NCBI RefSeq assembly: GCF_037042905.1
Contig: NC_087252.1
Span: 62,001-126,000, forward strand
DNA from: Lytechinus pictus
Lineage: Eukaryota
Direction of reading: 5' to 3'
Length of the DNA: 64,000 nucleotides
Shown here: one piece after another, positions 58,653-64,000 of the stretch
How the letters are laid out: every line of letters starts with the position of its first letter
How positions within the stretch are numbered: the stretch's first letter is position 1
Notes under the pieces: generated by a model
What the model was told of the DNA's origin: nothing
Database searches by the model: none
What the model saw: only the letters and a program-made list of their open reading frames with translations
Position numbers and translations under genes: made by a program

Positions 58653-61600
58653 TACCTATATATTCTACTAGTATAACAAACTACTTGAATCCCCCATTTA
58701 AAAATTTCGGATCGCGATTTGCGCTCGCATTATTCTGCTATATCAACCCATGAATCCTGTTCATGATTACAAAAATATAAAATATCCAGTTTTTCAGGCC
58801 TCATGCACTGTCAACAAATTTCACGCACTCATTAGGCTTATTAGATTGATAAATATGAAATTATTTTTTTTATGAATTCATAACTAAATTGTCCCTTTTC
58901 AGAAAAAAATATCGACAAGTTTTAGGAAGAGGAATAGAAGATAGGCATCATTTTTATATAATGACAAAATGTCCTTAGGCCTAAAATGTCTCGATCCTAG
59001 TTTAAAATAATAATAAAATATCAGCTCGCGCTTCGCGCTCGCATCATTTATTAAGTGCTTTCCACACCCACTTCACAATTCCCCTATATATACAGTGCTT
59101 TAAATATTGCTTAAATTGACCCATTTCATATCGGAATTTCAAATATTTTTTCCAGCTCGCGATCCGCGCTCGCATTATTGATTTTCATGATGAAAAATGA
59201 AATGTATTCAGAATGCCCAGATTCTGTCTAACTATAAAACACGTGCACGCATGTTTATTGAGATACGCATCTTCAGTTAATATTATTACAAACGTGCTAA
59301 AATTATCCAGTTTCAGATCAGAATATCAAAATTTTCTGCTCGCGCTTTGCGCTCGCATTATTAATGTAGGAAGATATCAAAAACTACCCATCATTTTTCA
59401 TGAGTGACAAAACATGAATCGAGTGTCCCGTTGGGGGTTTGAAATCTAATTTTTTAGGTTGGAGTATCAAAAAAGTTCAGCTCGCGCTTCGCGCTCGCAT
59501 TATTTAATCGTTGAAATATGTATCGTCTTAATGGCTAACTGCAAAACTTCCTTAACAGGTCCCTTTTCGACCAGGCCAGAACGCACATTAAAAATTTCTG
59601 CTCGCGCTTCGCGCTCGTTGTAATTATCTAGTTACATATATACGCATCTTGTTCAGGTTCACAAACATTGCCCAGAATGTTCAATTTTCAGGTCAAAATA
59701 TATGAAATTTTATTATTTTTTTATCTCGCATAGGGCTTATGAGATTATTGCACATTAATGTTGTTTATAAAGTAAAGCTAGGAAATGACTGTTAGGATAT
59801 GGGCGTTTTGCCCCCCCCCCCCAAAAAAAAAAAATCACGACCAAGAAAAAAAAAGAGAGAAAAGGAAAGGGATTATGGTGAAATATAATATTATTTTCCA
59901 AATATTATGTCAAATATATCGCGCTTCGCGTTATCATTATTTATTTAGGCCTTGTGAGATACGTCAATGTGTTTTTAAGAATAAAATGTCGGAATTTCTT
60001 TAACTTCTACCCCCCCATTTTATTATTTTTTTTATCTTGGTGCCCTCTACAAAAGTTCAACAAGCCCCCCCCCCCCCCCCCGTGCAACCCTGCTGAATAA
60101 ATCACAGCTTCGCCACTGATGAGGAGATTGAGTCGATTGCTTCGAGATTGCATTATTCCCAAGAGGTTATCATTGATATTATTGAAGGCTATTCTAAACA
60201 ACTAGTAAAGAAACTATAGCTCCCGTTCACACAATATTCTAGTAGGGCCTACTCTGGTGAGAAGTTAACCCAAATTGAGACCCCCCACAATCGCTCGCGC
60301 TTCGCGCTCCCATTGATATTACATTATATATTCATGGATTATTTTTTTTCAAGAACACGTTAAAAAAGTAGTCTTTAATTGCCTTTTTTTGATGTGATTA
60401 TGTAATAAGATAATTCAAAATACATTTAAGGCATTTAAGTTAGCCTGGCCGGGAGGGAGGGGGCGCCATTTTTCGAAAAGTACACATGGGCGCCAAAAAT
60501 CAGGTCAAACTTGGGCCCCCCTCCCCACGAAATCTTGGATCCGCGCCTGGGCGTAGCTACGGGGGGTCTGGGGGTGGCACGTGCCCCCCCCCCTGAGATT
60601 TGGTGTGCCCCCCCCTGAAAAAATTGGCGGAGCAAAAAAAAAGAGAAAGAAGAAAAGAAAAGAAAAAGAAGGGGAAAGACAGAAGGAAAAAAAGAAGAGG
60701 GAAATAAGAAGAGGAAGACGAGTGAATAAAATAATGTTGTGGGAAGACTTGCAAAACAAAAAATCTTTCACGTTGATAAATAAAATTTGCGCTCGAGCTT
60801 CGCGCTCGAATTTCCTGTTCGATGAGATTCATATCTCGCTCAATAGGCTGATACGGAGGGTTAAAATATCAAGTTTTGAAGTTAATTTACAAAACATATT
60901 TCATCTCGTATACATCGAGCTTTCATTATTTTTTTCCATTTACAAATTTAATGCACTCTTATTTATTTATTTATTTATTCTCGAATATTTATACAGAATG
61001 ACCTGGGGCCTGTTGCAGAAAGAGTTGCAATCAATCGCAACTCTAAAAATCATGCGCAACTTGATTTTCGACCAATCAACAGCGCGCATTTCGGACTTGC
61101 GATTGATATTTTGACTTGCATTTAAACGCAACTCTTTCTGCAACGGACCCCAACAGCATAAAAAACATACAATATACGAAAAACATAGTAAAACAGGATA
61201 TTATGAGATACAGAAAAAAGTAACAAATACAAAGTAAAAATACGAGAATATGTTACGAGATGGCAAGATACATGATATAAATATGCAAAATATTAACATT
61301 AAAAGCTGGTATTCCTCAGGGCTCTGTGAATATATTTATTTTAAAAAAAATGTTATAAACAAAAAAAGATGAAAGATCGTAAAACATAAGGCAATGTATT
61401 ACACAGTACTAATGAATTTAATTCTAGAATAAAAAATAAGCAGAAGACATATTGCATCATTTGGTAATTTTATCACTCTGTAAAATGTCCGTTAATATGG
61501 TCTACATAAAAAATTATAAACATTTTAAGCTCACGCTGCGTGGTCGCATTATTTGATTTGCCAAGTTCCTATTGTCTTCGTGTATTCAATATAGTTATCA

Positions 61601-61676
61601 AAATATCCATTTTCAGATGTGACTGTCAAAACGTAGGCCGATAAGTTAGCGCTGCGCGCTCGCATTTGATTGGTGA

Positions 61677-62212
61677 CCCGGGGGGCCACTTCCATTGACG
61701 AGTGGATACCATGCGCGACCATGGGGTCTCAAAAAGCACCCTAAACACGTATTTCCATATTCTGAAAATGCACCCCTGGCGTATTGGCGTGTGAACAAAA
61801 CGATACTCTTGGCAAGTAGGGCCTATTCCCTGAAATGAACCCCTAAACAAGTACAGGAATATTTTATCACGGGTCCTTCGGTAGTTGGTTTTACCTTTTA
61901 ATACACATCATTTGGTTTAGTACGACCCCACCTTCCACACCTCGTGCAAATCGGACTCTAAACACGTATAGTGTTGGGGCAAAAAGGACATCCTTTATAA
62001 AACGTTTTAATTTTGTTTTATCATCCCCGCAAATTTGACCCTAAACACGTAACTTTCCTAGCGAAATAGATACCCTTTTTCATTATTTTTGTGTTTTTGA
62101 CACCCTTATCACGTTACGTACGTAACGTGCCCTATCTTGAAAAAGACATCCTTTTTACGTGTTTGTTTGGTCGCGCATGGTATCCACTCGTCAATGTAAG
62201 TGGCCCCCCGGG
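61677..62212. mobile_element. MITE with ~45-bp TIRs
   Basis: CCCGGGGGGCCACTTCCATTGACGAGTGGATACCATGCGCGACCA / TGGTCGCGCATGGTATCCACTCGTCAATGTAAGTGGCCCCCCGGG. Confidence 0.9.
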
Positions 62213-62223
62213 ATTGGTATGAG

Positions 62224-62406
62224 CAGGGGCCGCGGAACGGTTTTCAAAGTGGGGGGGGGGGGACTGAGCCAAAAGTGGGGGGGGGGGGGCTGACAATGCA
62301 AAAAATCACAACCGTATGGTCATTTTTACGTTTTTGTACATGGTTTTGGAAAAAAGTGGGGGGGGGGCTGAAGCCCCCCCAGCCCCCCCTGCTTCCGCGG
62401 CCCCTG
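62224..62406. mobile_element. Short MITE with CAGGGGCCGCGGAA TIRs
   Basis: CAGGGGCCGCGGAA / TTCCGCGGCCCCTG; ATGAG directly on both flanks. Confidence 0.88.
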
Positions 62407-63194
62407 ATGAGTACTCTTTCAATTCTATATATATATAAGCAAACAGACCTAAAAAAAGGAACATGTAAAAAGACCCTTTTTAGGAAAAAGACGATAGGTA
62501 TCTCAGTACGAGTGCGAAGCGCGAGCTTATTTTTGTTTAATAGGCCTATATTAAGATCTTAACAACGAATATTCTATGCACTTTTTGTTATAATTATCAT
62601 GATGCATATTTAAGTGGCCATAATCAAATAATGTACAAACTATTTTTTAAAGTTAATCATGATTTGGCAACCGCCTTGATGAAAATCTATAAACACTGAA
62701 ATAGATTTTCATTAAGGCGGCTGCCAAATCATGATTGACTTCAGCGACATAAATTAAGCCTCACTTATAAGTTGTAGTAACCCTCTTCTGTGTATTCATA
62801 TTCCGCAAATTTATTTGTACATTATGGCCACTTGTTTCTCTTGTACTTCAGATAGCTGAAGAAGGCCCATTTATGGCCGAAAGCTTGTGAGCGGAAGCGC
62901 TTGTTCCGACTCTGGCACGCAAAACTCAATTCTGCTTTCAACAATGCAGGCTGATTTTCCATAATTTAGTTCCACCTCCCCAGGATGTTCACCCCCACCC
63001 CCCCCCCCCCTCTTACCACTTTATTTCCAGTCCACCTCGGATGTGCACCTCCTCATGCTCAAGCCAGCCTATATACGATTTCGTATAACTGTCATTTGGG
63101 TCTATTATGGCACGCTCATAGGGAAACAATTAAATATATGTTTCACTTGAAAAAAATATGTTTCTCTTCCACTAAACCATTTCACTCAAAGAAA

Positions 63195-63645
63195 TTTATA
63201 TTTCACTTATCAAAAAAATATGTTTCACTTTAAGAAAAAAAAATATATTTAACTTTTCAAAAAAATATATTTCACTTTTCAAAAAAAATATATTTCACTT
63301 TTCAAAAAAATATATTTCACTTTTCAAAAAAATATATTTCACTTTTCAAAAAAAATATATTTCACTTTTCAAAAAAATATATTTCACTTTTCAAAAAATA
63401 ATATATTTCACTTTTCAAAAAAATATATTTCACTTTTCAAAAAATATATATTTCACTTTTCAAAAAAATATATTTCACTTTTCAAAAAAAATATATTTCT
63501 CTTTTCAAAAAAATATATTTCACTTTTCCAAAAAAATATATTTCACTTTTGAAAAAAATATATTTCACTTTTCAAAAAAATATATTTCACTTTTCCAAAA
63601 AAATATATTTCACTTTTGAAAAAAATATATTTCACTTTTCAACAA
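63195..63645. repeat. ~22-bp AT-rich minisatellite (AAAAAAATATATTTCACTTTTC), ~20 copies
   Basis: Direct tandem repetition. Confidence 0.96.
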
Positions 63646-63734
63646 TTTTTTTTTTAATTTTGAGAGAAAACAAATCCTTTCACTTTTGTTGGATAACACA
63701 TGCGGCTGCCGTATTCGACCGTACGTAGAATTCA

Positions 63735-64000
63735 TCTATCTACCTACGTGATATATCTATCTATCTATCTATCTGTCTGTCTGTTTATCTATCTATCTCT
63801 CAAACTATTTATTTTTCTATCTATCTGTCTAATAATTATCTGATTAAATATGTCTGTCTATCTATCTACGAATCTATCTATCTGTCTGTCTGTCTCTTTA
63901 TCTATATATCTATCTAATATTTTTTAATATGTCTGTATATCTGTTTATTTATCAATCAATCAATCTATCTATCTATCTATCTTATGATTTATCTGTCTTT
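63735..64000. repeat. Degenerate (TATC/TGTC)n microsatellite
   Basis: Tetranucleotide periodicity up to the window end. Confidence 0.9.

Larger units (their letters stand above)
56450..60310. repeat. Field of degenerate repeats built on the GCTCGCGCTTCGCGCTCGCA motif (internal repeats of nested hAT-like MITEs)
   Basis: More than 15 copies of the motif, often at ~110-120 bp spacing, each preceded by AAAATTTTCA. Confidence 0.75.

Overview
Repeat-rich, AT-rich eukaryotic genomic DNA. It is probably from a marine invertebrate deuterostome such as a sea urchin; this is inferred from gene and repeat style and is not proven. Two spliced protein-coding genes lie on the minus strand. The first is a complete 14-exon XRCC1 (ATG 50599 to stop 16298; 1713 nt CDS, 570 aa), with GT-AG and consistent phases at every junction. 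Downstream of it is the 5' part of SMG9 (coding exons 6700-6858, 1337-1625 and 356-450), which continues off the left edge. A divergent, probably non-coding plus-strand transcript may start near 8.1 kb. Three large tandem arrays (about 125 bp x ~26, 48 bp x 89, 73 bp x ~179) occupy about a third of the window. The rest is MITEs, a Helentron-like element, LINE 3' ends and simple repeats. The most unusual pattern is that tandem arrays are repeatedly seeded exactly on splice junctions: SMG9 acceptor and donor, XRCC1 exon 11 acceptor and exon 12 donor, and probably a whole 33-nt microexon amplified 89 times. This creates banks of decoy or alternative splice sites, most of which would give premature stops. 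Exon coordinates were read by hand; repeat boundaries are approximate; no database searches were run.
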